A DNA stretch of 64,000 bases from Minisyncoccota bacterium (GCA_965267345.1 OZ253947.1:330814-394813); one strand, 5' to 3'; shown: positions 20,465-31,471, counted from the stretch's first letter. Numbers and translations are program-made. The notes: generated by a model from the sequence alone, not told the origin.

Positions 20465-22108
20465 ATGGATATTGCGTTTGACGCCATAAATATTCTGATC
20501 ATTTTTGCCTCAATCGGCAGCCTGATTTACGGCTGGCTCGTGTATTCGCGCCACCATGGCTCATACAGCAATATCCTCTTCTTCTTGCTCACCATTTCGG
20601 TCGCGCTGTGGGGATTTTTCATGGTGCTCTACCGCAGCACCGATGATATCGCGGCGACGATCGTATTTGCGCGATTACTCTACGCCGCAGCTGCGGCAAT
20701 TCCGATTTTATTCTTTCTCTTTGCCTCAGTATTTCCGGCAGAGCGACGAAAGCTCTCGGCACTGGTGCGCTTTGGCGCACCGTCGGTGCTGGTGATCATG
20801 CTCGCCGTTGCACTGCTCCCCGACGCGCTTATCCGCGACGTACTTCTGCGCGCACCGGACGAGCCGTTTATTGTATTTAATCACGGCATGCATTTGGCCT
20901 ACGCGCTGTTTATCGTGTCATTTTTCCTCCTCGGCTACGTGCAGCTTATCCGCACCTATCTGCGCGAGCAGCGCATCATTCGCACACAGGTGATCTACAT
21001 ATTCCTCGGCACGCTCGTGCCCACATCACTGAGCCTCATTACCAACTTGCTGCTGCCTATCTATGGCATCTTCGATTGGAACTGGTTCGGGCAAATTAGC
21101 ACCGTCATTATGTCGAGCTTGATTACGTACGGTATCTTTAAGCACCGTATTTTCAACGTTCGCATCATCGTCACGGAGGTACTCATTTTCTTCGTGTGGC
21201 TCACCGCATTCCTGCGCATCGTCTTTGCTGAAACAACCGCTGCGGTGATATTCAACACCATTGCATTTAGCATTCTCGTTATCATCGGTTACTGGCTGGT
21301 GCGCAGCGTTACCCGTGAAGTGGAGACACGCGAAAAGCTCGAAGAACTCACCGTGAAGCTGCGTTCGACCAATGCACGACTGCGCGAACTGGATCGCCAA
21401 AAGTCGGAATTCCTCTCAATTGCCACACACCAGCTACGCGGCCCGCTGGCAGCAATTCGTGGCCACCTCTCGCTCATACTCGAGGGAAACTACGGGGCGG
21501 TATCTGACAAGACACACGAGGTCGTGAGCCAAATGTATCGCACAAGTGGCCTAATGGCGCAGACGATTACCGACTTTCTCAATGTCTCCCGCATTGAGCA
21601 GGGGCGCATGCAGTATGAAAAAACGGTCTTCGATTGTCGCGAACTGACGGCAGAAATTGTCGACGAGCTCGCGGCAAGTGCCACGGCCAAAGGGCTCTCG
21701 CTTACGCTGCAGGAACACAAAGATGCACGACCGGCGTACGTCTACGCTGATTACCCGAAAATTCGCCATATTGTGTTTAACCTTGTCGACAATGCAATTA
21801 AGTACACACCTGAAGGATGGGTGCACATTAGCGTCATGCGCACCGATGCACGGCGCACCGTGCGCATTATTGTTGCCGACACCGGTATCGGTATTTCGGC
21901 GCAGGAACTTCCGGGGCTCTTCGAAAAGTTTGTGCGTGCGCGAAAAGCCTCAGGCATCAATATCAACGGCACGGGACTCGGCCTCTACGTCGCGCGCGAA
22001 ATGGTGCGCGCACACGACGGACGCATCTGGGCTGAGTCAGAGGGAGAAGGGAAGGGGTCACGCTTTGTGGTTGAATTACCGCTCACGACAAAAGAGCCTG
22101 ATGCCTAG
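20465..22108 (+). CDS. Sensor histidine kinase with multi-TM (HisKA_7TM-like) N-terminus
   Basis: 8-9 TM segments, ATHQLRGPL H-box, NAIKYT, DTGIG, GTGLGL. Confidence 0.93.
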   Translation: MDIAFDAINILIIFASIGSLIYGWLVYSRHHGSYSNILFFLLTISVALWGFFMVLYRSTDDIAATIVFARLLYAAAAAIPILFFLFASVFPAERRKLSALVRFGAPSVLVIMLAVALLPDALIRDVLLRAPDEPFIVFNHGMHLAYALFIVSFFLLGYVQLIRTYLREQRIIRTQVIYIFLGTLVPTSLSLITNLLLPIYGIFDWNWFGQISTVIMSSLITYGIFKHRIFNVRIIVTEVLIFFVWLTAFLRIVFAETTAAVIFNTIAFSILVIIGYWLVRSVTREVETREKLEELTVKLRSTNARLRELDRQKSEFLSIATHQLRGPLAAIRGHLSLILEGNYGAVSDKTHEVVSQMYRTSGLMAQTITDFLNVSRIEQGRMQYEKTVFDCRELTAEIVDELAASATAKGLSLTLQEHKDARPAYVYADYPKIRHIVFNLVDNAIKYTPEGWVHISVMRTDARRTVRIIVADTGIGISAQELPGLFEKFVRARKASGININGTGLGLYVAREMVRAHDGRIWAESEGEGKGSRFVVELPLTTKEPDA

Positions 22109-22152
22109 CCGTACAATTCGCTTTTTCAGCACGTTTTGGTACCATTGCTGCA

Positions 22153-23103
22153 ATGACAACAGACGGAACACAGCGATTACTCACCGGATTGCAGCCATCG
22201 GGCACCCTCCACCTCGGCAACTATTTTGGCTCACTTAAGCCATTTGTTGACACTTACCGCGACTACGACAGTTTTTTGCTTGTGGTTGACTACCACGCAC
22301 TGACAACACTGCGCGACGGCGCTGCACTGCGTCAGCACACAATCGACATCGTGAAGGACTACCTCGCCGCCGGCGTTGACCCTGCGCACGCACTGGTATT
22401 CAAGCAGTCTGACGTGCCGCAGCACACAGAGCTGGCGTGGATCTTGGAGTGCTTGGTCAGTGTCCCGTTCCTACAACAGGCGCATGCGTACAAAGACAAA
22501 GTGGCCAAAGGTCTTGAGGCAAATGCCGGGCTCTTTAACTATCCGATGCTCATGGCAGCTGACATCTTACTCTACGACGTTGACGTGGTCCCCGTTGGTA
22601 AAGACCAACAGCAGCACATTGAGTACGCTCGCGAAGCAGCAGGGAAATTCAACAATGCGTACGGCGAAACGTTTACCGCACCACAGGAACGCATTACTGA
22701 CGGCGTTGGCACGGTTGTCGGTACCGACGGACAAAAGATGAGTAAAAGCTACAATAATACGATTCCGCTCTTCGGCAGCACTGATGACATTCATGCCGCG
22801 GTGATGGGTATCGTGACCGACTCAACCGGCGATCGTCCCGAACACGTGTACGCACTCCACCGTCTCCTGAAGTCTGAAGACGAGCTGAAACCACTGTACG
22901 AACAGCACGCAGGACAGTACAAGGCACTCAAGGAGGCACTGGCCGCAGATATCGATGCGCTCGTGGCACCGATGCGCGAGGCGCGAGCGCAGATAACCGA
23001 TGCCGATGTGCGCGCACTCCTTACCGAGCACGGTACGCGCGCGCGCGAATGCGCAGAGGCGAAAATGGCTGATGTGCGAGCAAAAATTGGCGTAACGATA
23101 TAA
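22153..23103 (+). CDS. trpS: Tryptophan--tRNA ligase
   Basis: HLGNY, YPMLMAADIL, GKDQ, KMSKS. Confidence 0.97.
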   Translation: MTTDGTQRLLTGLQPSGTLHLGNYFGSLKPFVDTYRDYDSFLLVVDYHALTTLRDGAALRQHTIDIVKDYLAAGVDPAHALVFKQSDVPQHTELAWILECLVSVPFLQQAHAYKDKVAKGLEANAGLFNYPMLMAADILLYDVDVVPVGKDQQQHIEYAREAAGKFNNAYGETFTAPQERITDGVGTVVGTDGQKMSKSYNNTIPLFGSTDDIHAAVMGIVTDSTGDRPEHVYALHRLLKSEDELKPLYEQHAGQYKALKEALAADIDALVAPMREARAQITDADVRALLTEHGTRARECAEAKMADVRAKIGVTI

Positions 23104-23109
23104 TAGTGT

Positions 23110-24438
23110 ATGGAACGAACGCGCATAGCAGCATTAGGAGAGCATATCGGCGAGACGAGATCCATCTCGGGATCCATCTCGGTACGCCGAGATCACGGCA
23201 AATTGATGTTTCTGGTCGTCCGCGACCGCAGCGGCAGTGTTCAAGCCGTCATCAAGAGCGATGCACCCGCGTTTGAACAGGCGGAACAACTACGTGAAGA
23301 GTGGGTCGTGCGCATGGAGGGCGAGGTGAAGGCGCGTCCCGAGAACATGCGTAAGGACGAACAAAATGGTGATATTGAATTTGTCATCACGGCGATCACG
23401 ATACTGAGCTCGGCCCGTGAGTTGCCGTTTGCCATTGACGCTGAATTGAATTTGGATACCTACCTTGACCATCTGCCGCTTACGCTCCGCACCCAGCGGT
23501 CGCGCGATGTCTTTGCGGTGCAAGAAACCATTATCGCCACCTTCCGTGATGCGCTGCGTGAGCAGGACTTTACTGAGTATCAGGCACCCGCACTCGTTGG
23601 CGGTGACGCTGAAGGCGGTGCCGCGGCGTTCTCCGTGAACTACTACAACGACAAAGCGGCGTACTTGGCGACGAGTCCGCAGCTCTACAAGCAAATACTG
23701 GTTGGCGTATTCGAGCGCGTGTTTAGCACCTCAAAAGTCTTCCGCGGTGAGAAATCAGCAACGACGCGGCATCTTGCTGAATACACTTCACTTGACTTTG
23801 AAATGGGGTTCATCACTGACCACACTGACATCATGCGCATGACCGAACACGTGTACCGGCGCATTGTGGCAGCTGTTGCAGAGCGTCACGCTGACGTTTT
23901 TGCACGGTTCGGCATCGATGCACCCCGCGCGCCGGAGAACTTTCCCGTGCTCACGCTAGCGCAGGCACAGGAATTGCTTGAGCGCGACTACGGCGCAACC
24001 GACGTTGTCGGTGAACCTGATCTTGAGCCCGAGCACGAGCGCCAGCTCAGCGCATGGGCCCGCGAGCACCACGATTCAGACTTTGTCTTTGTCACGCACT
24101 ATCCGGTTGCAAAGCGCCCGTTCTACACCCAGGAAGATCCGGAACAGCCAGGCTTTACGAAGAGCTTTGACCTGCTCTTCCGCGGCCTTGAGGTGACAAC
24201 CGGCGGGCAACGCGTCCATGAGTACGATGCACTGGTCGCCAAGATGGAAGCGCGCGGGCTCAACCCTGATACGTTCGCGTTTTACCTTGAGGCATTCAAA
24301 TACGGCCTGCCGCCACACGGCGGTGTCGGGAATGGTCTCGAGCGCATCACCGAGTGCATGCTCGGCTTGCACAACATCCGCGAGGCAACACTGTTCCCGC
24401 GTGACATGAACCGCATTGACCGCCGCTTATCCGAGTAA
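23110..24438 (+). CDS. aspS: Aspartate--tRNA ligase, short archaeal/non-discriminating type
   Basis: OB fold, AEGGA, SPQLYKQ, RHLAEY, GGQR, PPHGG.G.GLER. Confidence 0.92.
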   Translation: MERTRIAALGEHIGETRSISGSISVRRDHGKLMFLVVRDRSGSVQAVIKSDAPAFEQAEQLREEWVVRMEGEVKARPENMRKDEQNGDIEFVITAITILSSARELPFAIDAELNLDTYLDHLPLTLRTQRSRDVFAVQETIIATFRDALREQDFTEYQAPALVGGDAEGGAAAFSVNYYNDKAAYLATSPQLYKQILVGVFERVFSTSKVFRGEKSATTRHLAEYTSLDFEMGFITDHTDIMRMTEHVYRRIVAAVAERHADVFARFGIDAPRAPENFPVLTLAQAQELLERDYGATDVVGEPDLEPEHERQLSAWAREHHDSDFVFVTHYPVAKRPFYTQEDPEQPGFTKSFDLLFRGLEVTTGGQRVHEYDALVAKMEARGLNPDTFAFYLEAFKYGLPPHGGVGNGLERITECMLGLHNIREATLFPRDMNRIDRRLSE

Positions 24439-24450
24439 TACATCCAGCAC

Positions 24451-25842
24451 ATGAACATTACCATCGGCACCGCCACAAAAAAGCACGTTCGTATTGTCTG
24501 CGATGAGCAGAAGACGCTCCGCAGCACCGAAGGGGAACTGACGTTTGGCGTCAAGAAGTATAAAACCGTATCGCGCCGCGACGTACTCCGTTTGTTTCGT
24601 AAAATGATCCGCACGGCGCGCACGCACGAGCACACCCACCTTGCGCTCGATTGGCGCACATTCGACGCATTTCCCGCGCTTGCTGATGAGACTCCCGCAC
24701 GGCGCGCTGAGCTACTCAGCATCGAAATGACACTCGCGAATTACGCATTCGTCCAGTACAAGACAAAGCCAAAAGGAGGGTGGCGCGCGGTACAGGAGGT
24801 AGTGCTCACACACGTACCCCAGCGCAACAACGCAAAGGTACGCGCCGGCCTCAAGCGCGGTCGCATTATCGCTGAAGAAATGAATGCGGCACGCACGCTG
24901 GCAAATATCCCCGGCAGCGACATGTCGCCAAAGCAATTGGCTGCGGCCATCAAAAAGGCGGCCCGTGGTGTCAAAGGGCTCCGCGTACGTGTACTGGGTC
25001 GGGCAGAAATGAAAAAGCGCGGAATGGGTGCCATTCTCGGTGTCGGACAGGGTTCGGCGCATGAGCCACAACTGATTGTCGTTGAGTATACGGGTGCTGC
25101 CAAAACGCAAAAGCCAATTTGCCTCGTCGGCAAAGGGATCACGTACGACACCGGTGGGTTGAGCCTTAAACCGAGCGACTACATGCTCGGTATGCAGATG
25201 GATATGACAGGCGGGGCACTGGTGCTGCACAGTGTCATTGCCGCAGCAAAACTCGGTATGAAGAAAAATGTTGTGGCCGTTGTCGGTGCAGCGGAAAATG
25301 CCATCGGTAAAGACAGTTACAAACCGGGTGACGTCCTCAAGAGCCTCTCGGGTAAAATGATTGAGGTAAAAAACACCGACGCGGAAGGACGTCTCGTACT
25401 TGCTGACGCACTTACCTACGCACAAAAAACCTACACGCCACGCCTGATCGTTGACGTGGCGACGCTGACGGGCGCGTCGCTCGTTGCCGTCGGGCAGGTT
25501 GCCTCAGTGGTGATGTCACGTGATGAGGATTTTGCATGGCGTCTGCGCCACATGGGCGAGACTGAAGGGGAGTACATGTGGCCACTGCCGCTCTGGGACG
25601 ACTATCGCGCCGAACTCGTGGAGAGCCATATTGCCGACGTTGCCAATATCGGCAAAACGCGATGGGCGGGCACCATTGAAGCAGGTATGTTCCTTGCTGA
25701 ATTCGTCGACAAAAAGCAGCCGTGGATTCACATTGATATTGCACCGCGCATGGAAGCAGTGGCACGCGACTGCCTCGCCGAAGGCTCGACGGGTGAACCG
25801 CTTCGCACACTGCTTTCATTAACACAGGAGTACCGCGGATAG
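24451..25842 (+). CDS. pepA: Leucyl aminopeptidase (M17)
   Basis: GKGITYDTGG.SLK, NTDAEGRL, ATLTGA. Confidence 0.95.
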   Translation: MNITIGTATKKHVRIVCDEQKTLRSTEGELTFGVKKYKTVSRRDVLRLFRKMIRTARTHEHTHLALDWRTFDAFPALADETPARRAELLSIEMTLANYAFVQYKTKPKGGWRAVQEVVLTHVPQRNNAKVRAGLKRGRIIAEEMNAARTLANIPGSDMSPKQLAAAIKKAARGVKGLRVRVLGRAEMKKRGMGAILGVGQGSAHEPQLIVVEYTGAAKTQKPICLVGKGITYDTGGLSLKPSDYMLGMQMDMTGGALVLHSVIAAAKLGMKKNVVAVVGAAENAIGKDSYKPGDVLKSLSGKMIEVKNTDAEGRLVLADALTYAQKTYTPRLIVDVATLTGASLVAVGQVASVVMSRDEDFAWRLRHMGETEGEYMWPLPLWDDYRAELVESHIADVANIGKTRWAGTIEAGMFLAEFVDKKQPWIHIDIAPRMEAVARDCLAEGSTGEPLRTLLSLTQEYRG

Positions 25843-25868
25843 CTGCCCAGATACGGTATACTGGGGGT

Positions 25869-26588
25869 ATGGCGCACGCGCATTTTACCGTTGCAGTAGG
25901 GGATTTTCGGGGACCATTGGAGGTGCTGCTTGACTTAATCGAAAAGCGGCAGCTTTTTGTAAACGATATCCCGCTGGCTGAAGTTGCGGACGACTACATC
26001 CGCTACATTCAGGAAACACCCGACGTGCCGCTGACGGAAACAGCACAGTTTGTCCTCGTCGCGGCAACACTGCTCCTCATTAAGTCGCGCTCGCTTCTGC
26101 CACGCATTGCACTCACCAGCGAGGAGGAAGAGGACATACGGGATTTGGAGCACCGCTTGGCACTGTACGCCCGCATTCGCGACGCACAACGCACGCTTAA
26201 AAAGCAGTGGGGTCATGGCTACCTGCGCACCACCGCGCACCGGCGTGAGCCGATACCCACATTTGCACCGGCGTCTGACATCACCCGCAATGCGCTACAC
26301 ACCACTGCGACACAGCTCATTGCCGCGCTCCCGAGCGCCCAGCGCACACCGACGGCACGAGTCACGCGCACCATTAATCTCGATGACGTTATTGCGTCGC
26401 TGCATGATCGCATACAGCAGGCGTGCGACGACACCTTCCGCACCATGACGGCGCATGCCGATCGCATCGAGACGATTGTGCACTTCCTCGCACTGCTTGA
26501 ACTCGTCAAGCGCGAATCAATTACTGCTCAGCAAGATGTACACTTTGCTGATATACAGCTCGCACGACGCGACACCGCACACGTATGA
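25869..26588 (+). CDS. scpA: Segregation/condensation protein A
   Basis: F.GPL.VLLDLI, AATLLLIKSR.LLP, FLALLEL. Confidence 0.92.
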   Translation: MAHAHFTVAVGDFRGPLEVLLDLIEKRQLFVNDIPLAEVADDYIRYIQETPDVPLTETAQFVLVAATLLLIKSRSLLPRIALTSEEEEDIRDLEHRLALYARIRDAQRTLKKQWGHGYLRTTAHRREPIPTFAPASDITRNALHTTATQLIAALPSAQRTPTARVTRTINLDDVIASLHDRIQQACDDTFRTMTAHADRIETIVHFLALLELVKRESITAQQDVHFADIQLARRDTAHV

Positions 26589-27157
26589 ATACAACTGAAC
26601 GAAATATCGAAGCGCTGCTCTACGCCAATGGCGGTGAAATGAAAAAGACTGCTCTTGCCCACGCGCTCTCACTTTCAGACACAGCCCTTGATGAAGCGCT
26701 TGCGCATCTCAACGAAGCGCTGGACGGCCACGCACTCGTACTGATTGTCACTGACACGACCGTCTCGCTTCGCACTGCTGCTGAGCAGGATACGTTCTTA
26801 CGTGAGCACGAGCGCGCGACGCTGCTGCGCGACGTGGGGCAAGCCGGGCTTGAGGTGCTCACCATCGCACTGTACAAGGGTCGTGTCGCGCGCAGTGACA
26901 TTGACTACATACGTGGTGTAAACTCTGCACAGACGCTCCGCCACCTCGTTATGCGTGGACTGCTTGAGCGTCTCCCACATCCCGATGATAGCCGCCAGTG
27001 GCTATATGCGGTCACGCCGGAGTTGTTAGCACATCTTGGTATCACTGACGTCGCTGCACTGCCTGACTATGAACACATCGTGAGCGCTCTGGCTGCTCCC
27101 CAGGAGGAAGCAGCGACCGAGCGTGCCAAGGATGGCGATACGCAGTTACCTACATGA
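26585..27157 (+). CDS. scpB: Segregation/condensation protein B
   Basis: IEALLY, LE.L...Y, IDYIRGVNS. Confidence 0.92.
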   Translation: MNTTERNIEALLYANGGEMKKTALAHALSLSDTALDEALAHLNEALDGHALVLIVTDTTVSLRTAAEQDTFLREHERATLLRDVGQAGLEVLTIALYKGRVARSDIDYIRGVNSAQTLRHLVMRGLLERLPHPDDSRQWLYAVTPELLAHLGITDVAALPDYEHIVSALAAPQEEAATERAKDGDTQLPT

Positions 27158-28098
27158 ACAATTGTATGCACGACACATCAACATCACACGATTCGCAACT
27201 AGTGCTGACCTACGCAGCGCTGCTTTCTGCATGCGGGTTGTTGCTGCTTGTTGTGCTGGCGGCGCGCACACCGCTCATAACACCGCAACAGCCACACGTA
27301 GCTGCAGTGAGTGCTGCCGTACCGACACCAACGCATGCATTTGACGACGTGCGTATTGTCGGCGATGCGGCCTACGTATACGATGTGTACAACGACCGAC
27401 CGCACTACGCGCAAAATGAACACGCACAGCTCCCCTTGGCATCACTGACAAAGATTATGCTCGCACTGATTGTTGCGGAGGAACTTGATCTGAACAGCGT
27501 CATTCGTATTACCGCCGACGACCTCACGCCCGAGGGTGAATCGGGGTTTGTTGCCGGTGAACGCTGGCGCGTGCGCGAACTGCTCGATTTCACACTGATG
27601 ACATCGTCAAATGACGGGGCGACCGCACTGGCACGAGTCGTGGAGCGCGAAACGGGGCGCGACATCGCAACACTCATGAATGCCCGTGCACGTGAACTAG
27701 GTCTCGCCCAAACGTACTTTTTAAATGAAACCGGCCTCGACAACAGCGTACTCTCAAGTGGTGCGTACGGCTCTGCTGCCGACATCGGAGCACTGTTTTC
27801 GTATGCGTACACCCACGTGCCGGAAGTGCTTGCAGCCACCGCGCACGAAGCGCATACATTCAGCAACTTTGACGGCAAGGCGTATGAGGCGACGAATACC
27901 AATGTCGCGCTGCATGAGCTTCCGGGAATTGTGTTTGGTAAGACCGGCTTTACCGATCTTGCAGGCGGTAATCTCGCGGTCGTCATCGAGCCTGAACCAC
28001 AGCACGCACTCGTTGTGGTGGTACTCGGCTCAACGATCGACCAACGCTTTACTGACGTACTCACCCTAGCGCGCACGGCGCGATCACCCGCACACTAA
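27154..28098 (+). CDS. D-Ala-D-Ala carboxypeptidase (S11)
   Basis: ASLTK, SSN, KTG.T..AG motifs; N-terminal TM. Confidence 0.92.
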   Translation: MNNCMHDTSTSHDSQLVLTYAALLSACGLLLLVVLAARTPLITPQQPHVAAVSAAVPTPTHAFDDVRIVGDAAYVYDVYNDRPHYAQNEHAQLPLASLTKIMLALIVAEELDLNSVIRITADDLTPEGESGFVAGERWRVRELLDFTLMTSSNDGATALARVVERETGRDIATLMNARARELGLAQTYFLNETGLDNSVLSSGAYGSAADIGALFSYAYTHVPEVLAATAHEAHTFSNFDGKAYEATNTNVALHELPGIVFGKTGFTDLAGGNLAVVIEPEPQHALVVVVLGSTIDQRFTDVLTLARTARSPAH

Positions 28099-28110
28099 TA
28101 CGCTACTGGT

Positions 28111-29181
28111 ATGGATATTGAACTTCTCAACCTCATCAAAGTAATTACACCGGCCGTTGTTGCCTTTGCCGTTGGTATTGCCATTACGCCGCTCATTACG
28201 CACTACCTCTACCATTACCGCGCGTGGAAGAAAACGCCGGGGAAACAGGCGCTCGACGGCAGTGAAGCCGTGGAATTTAATCGACTGCACAAGGAGCGCG
28301 AGCGGCACGTGCCGCGTATGGGCGGCGTAGTGATCTGGGGGAGCGCACTCATTACCATCTTGAGCATCTGGCTACTGTCGCTGCTCTGGCCAACCGCCGG
28401 TACCGTAAAAATGGACTTTTTGAGTCGTGCGCAAACATGGATTCCGCTCTTTGCACTGAGTATCGGTGCACTGGTCGGACTGGCGAATGACCTTCTTGAC
28501 GTATACGGAAAGGGGAGCGGCCTGCCGCTTCGCGGCCGCCTGAGCGTGGTGATTGCGCTGGCACTGTTTATCGGATGGTGGTTCTTCGCACGGCTGGACA
28601 TCACTGCCATCGGCATTCCCTTTGCAGCGCAGCCACTTGAGGTCGGCTGGCTTATCATTCCATTTTTCGTGATTGTGTCGCTGGCAGTGTACGCCAGTGG
28701 TGTTATTGACGGCCTCGACGGGCTTTCGGGTGGTGTCTTTGCAAGTATCTTTGCAGCCTACGCAGCAATTGCGCTGGCACAGAATCAGATCGACCTCGCT
28801 GCATTTTGTGCCATGCTTGTCGGCGCGATTCTTGCGTTCCTCTGGTTTAACATTCCACCTGCTCGCTTTTTTATGACCGAAACGGGGAGCATGGCACTTA
28901 CGCTCGCCCTTGCCTCGGTGGTATTCATGACCGACACACTCGGAGACGGCGTCGGCATCGCAGTGCTCCCGATTATCGGCGCACTCCTCGTCGTCACCGT
29001 CGCCAGCTCGATCGTACAAATGCTCACGAAGCGCTACTTCGGACGTAAACTCTTCCGTATTGCACCGCTCCACCACCACTTTGAAGCTATCGGATGGCCG
29101 ACGAGTAAAGTAGTGATGCGCTACTGGGTGCTGAGCGCAATTTTTGCATTTGTCGGCATTATTATTGCCTTGATCGGCTAG
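28111..29181 (+). CDS. mraY: Phospho-N-acetylmuramoyl-pentapeptide transferase
   Basis: P.MGG, DGLDGL, APLHHHFE. Confidence 0.93.
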   Translation: MDIELLNLIKVITPAVVAFAVGIAITPLITHYLYHYRAWKKTPGKQALDGSEAVEFNRLHKERERHVPRMGGVVIWGSALITILSIWLLSLLWPTAGTVKMDFLSRAQTWIPLFALSIGALVGLANDLLDVYGKGSGLPLRGRLSVVIALALFIGWWFFARLDITAIGIPFAAQPLEVGWLIIPFFVIVSLAVYASGVIDGLDGLSGGVFASIFAAYAAIALAQNQIDLAAFCAMLVGAILAFLWFNIPPARFFMTETGSMALTLALASVVFMTDTLGDGVGIAVLPIIGALLVVTVASSIVQMLTKRYFGRKLFRIAPLHHHFEAIGWPTSKVVMRYWVLSAIFAFVGIIIALIG

Positions 29182-29194
29182 GGGACACGAGGCT

Positions 29195-30292
29195 ATGCGA
29201 ACAAAGAAGACCATCGACCGGCCACTGCTATTTATTGTATTGGCACTCGTCACGGTCGGATTTTTCCTCTTTTCCTCCGCATCACTCGGGCTACTCGCCC
29301 GTGAAGGTGCGCGCTTTTCCTCAGTCGCCTTTAACCAGTTAGTGCTGGGTATTGGCCTTGGCGTTACGGCACTTTTCTTTGTCAGTCGCATTCACTACCG
29401 CATTTGGAAAGAGTACGCGCTCTACCTCTTTATCGCCGCTGCAGTTGCCACAGCGCTCGTTTTTATTCCATTTTTCGGCTTTTCTTCAGGCGGTGCCACA
29501 CGTTGGATTGCACTGGGCCCGCTGACACTGCAGCCCGCTGAGTTACTCAAAATTGGCGTGGTGCTGTACTTGGCAGCATATTTATCCAATGTACGCAGTG
29601 CAATTGCCGATCCGCGGCAGGGCATTATTCCGTTTTTACTTATTTTACTCGTACCGGCAGTACTCCTGCTGCTGCAGCCTGATACCAGCACGCTCGTTGT
29701 CATCGCAACAGCGGCAGCCGGCATGTTTTTTGTGACCGGCTGCCGCTGGCGCGACGTGGGAATTTTAGTGCTCGTCGGCTTTATCGCACTCTCGGCACTC
29801 GTTGCAGCCCGCCCGTACATTCTCGATCGCGTGGTGACATTCATCAGCCCAGCTGCCGATCAGCTCGACTCGGGCTACCAGATTAAGCAGTCGCTCATTG
29901 CGGTTGGCTCCGGTGGCGTATTCGGCCGTGGATTCGGGCAGAGTGTGCAAAAATTTGGCTACTTACCGGAGCCGATCGGCGACTCGATTTTTGCCGTTGC
30001 TGCTGAGGAGTTTGGCTTTCTCGGGGCAACACTCATTGTCGGGCTCTTTATTGCATTTGTGGTCCGCGCGTTTTGGGTTGCCGCCCGCGCCCCCGACTAC
30101 TTCGGTGCACTGGTGGTGGTTGGTATTACACTACTCGTTGCCACACAAGCACTGATTAACATTGCATCGATGCTCGGTATTATTCCACTGACCGGCCTGC
30201 CGTTGCCGTTTATCAGCCATGGCGGCACGGCGATGCTCGTCATGCTCAGTGCCATGGGTATCGTGCTGAGCGTGTCAAAATATGCAAAATAG
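29195..30292 (+). CDS. ftsW: SEDS peptidoglycan polymerase FtsW/RodA
   Basis: GATRW, QPAE..K, GYQ..QS..A.GSGG, LPFISHGG. Confidence 0.92.
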   Translation: MRTKKTIDRPLLFIVLALVTVGFFLFSSASLGLLAREGARFSSVAFNQLVLGIGLGVTALFFVSRIHYRIWKEYALYLFIAAAVATALVFIPFFGFSSGGATRWIALGPLTLQPAELLKIGVVLYLAAYLSNVRSAIADPRQGIIPFLLILLVPAVLLLLQPDTSTLVVIATAAAGMFFVTGCRWRDVGILVLVGFIALSALVAARPYILDRVVTFISPAADQLDSGYQIKQSLIAVGSGGVFGRGFGQSVQKFGYLPEPIGDSIFAVAAEEFGFLGATLIVGLFIAFVVRAFWVAARAPDYFGALVVVGITLLVATQALINIASMLGIIPLTGLPLPFISHGGTAMLVMLSAMGIVLSVSKYAK

Positions 30293-30331
30293 CAGCTGCT
30301 GCCGCTAGGGTTATACGGTATACTGTGCGGT

Positions 30332-31471
30332 ATGAGGATTGTATTTACAGGTGGCGGTACGGGTGGGCACTTCTACCCGATAATCTCAGTCGCTGAAGAA
30401 CTCCACGAAATTGTTCAGGAAGAAAAACTGATTGAACCTGAGCTCTACTACATTGGTCCCGACGTACTCGATCCGCAGGCGCTCGCCGAGCAAAATATCA
30501 CCTTCAAACGCAGTAGTGCCGGGAAGATGCGCCGCTACCTCGCCATCGAAAACGTCTTTGATCTTTTCAAAACCATTTGGGGTATCATTCAAACAACCGT
30601 ACAGCTTTTCTTCCTCTATCCTGATGTGGTCTTTAGTAAAGGCGGATACGCAAGCTTTCCCACAACGTGCGCTGCACGACTGCTCAATATCCCTGTCATC
30701 GTACACGAGTCTGATGCCCACCCGGGGCGTGCCAACGTGATCACGGCAAAGTGGGCGCAGTCGGTTGCCATCTCATTCTCAGGCGTCGCGAAGTATTTCC
30801 CTGAGAGCGTCAAAGAAAAGATGGCGCTGGTGGGCAACCCGATCCGCCGCGTACTCTTTAAGCCGGCGCGTGAAGGTGCACACACATACCTGAACCTTGA
30901 TCCTGAAGTGCCGACACTGCTTATTCTCGGTGGCTCGCAAGGGGCACAGGCGATCAACAGTGTCGTACTGAATGCGCTGCCGACACTGCTTGAGAAGTAT
31001 CAGGTGATTCATCAAACAGGGAAGGACAACATCGAATCAGTGCGAAATGTGGCGCGCGTTGCCCTGAAAGATCACCCGAACAAAGAACGCTATCGTGCAT
31101 TCGGTTTTCTCAACACATTGGCAATGCGTATGGCGGCCGGTATTGCATCGCTCGTAGTGACCCGTGCCGGCGCAGGATCAATTTTTGAAGTTGCCGCGTG
31201 GCACCTGCCGGCCATCGTCATTCCGCTTCCTGAGGAAATTTCACACGATCAGACCGAAAATGCTTTTGCCTACGCACGTGGCGGCGGTGCCGTCGTGCTC
31301 AAGCAGCAAAACCTGACCGAAAACATACTGGTCGCGGAGATCGATCGCATCATGAGCGACAGCACAGTGCGCGAGCGTATGGTCACCGCCGCAGAAGAGT
31401 TTGCACGCCCCGACGCCGCACGTAAAATTGCACGCATGATTATTACCACGGCACTCACGCACGAAGCATGA
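30332..31471 (+). CDS. murG: Lipid II GlcNAc transferase
   Basis: GGGTGGH, KGGYAS, HESD, GNP.R, GGSQGA. Confidence 0.96.
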   Translation: MRIVFTGGGTGGHFYPIISVAEELHEIVQEEKLIEPELYYIGPDVLDPQALAEQNITFKRSSAGKMRRYLAIENVFDLFKTIWGIIQTTVQLFFLYPDVVFSKGGYASFPTTCAARLLNIPVIVHESDAHPGRANVITAKWAQSVAISFSGVAKYFPESVKEKMALVGNPIRRVLFKPAREGAHTYLNLDPEVPTLLILGGSQGAQAINSVVLNALPTLLEKYQVIHQTGKDNIESVRNVARVALKDHPNKERYRAFGFLNTLAMRMAAGIASLVVTRAGAGSIFEVAAWHLPAIVIPLPEEISHDQTENAFAYARGGGAVVLKQQNLTENILVAEIDRIMSDSTVRERMVTAAEEFARPDAARKIARMIITTALTHEA

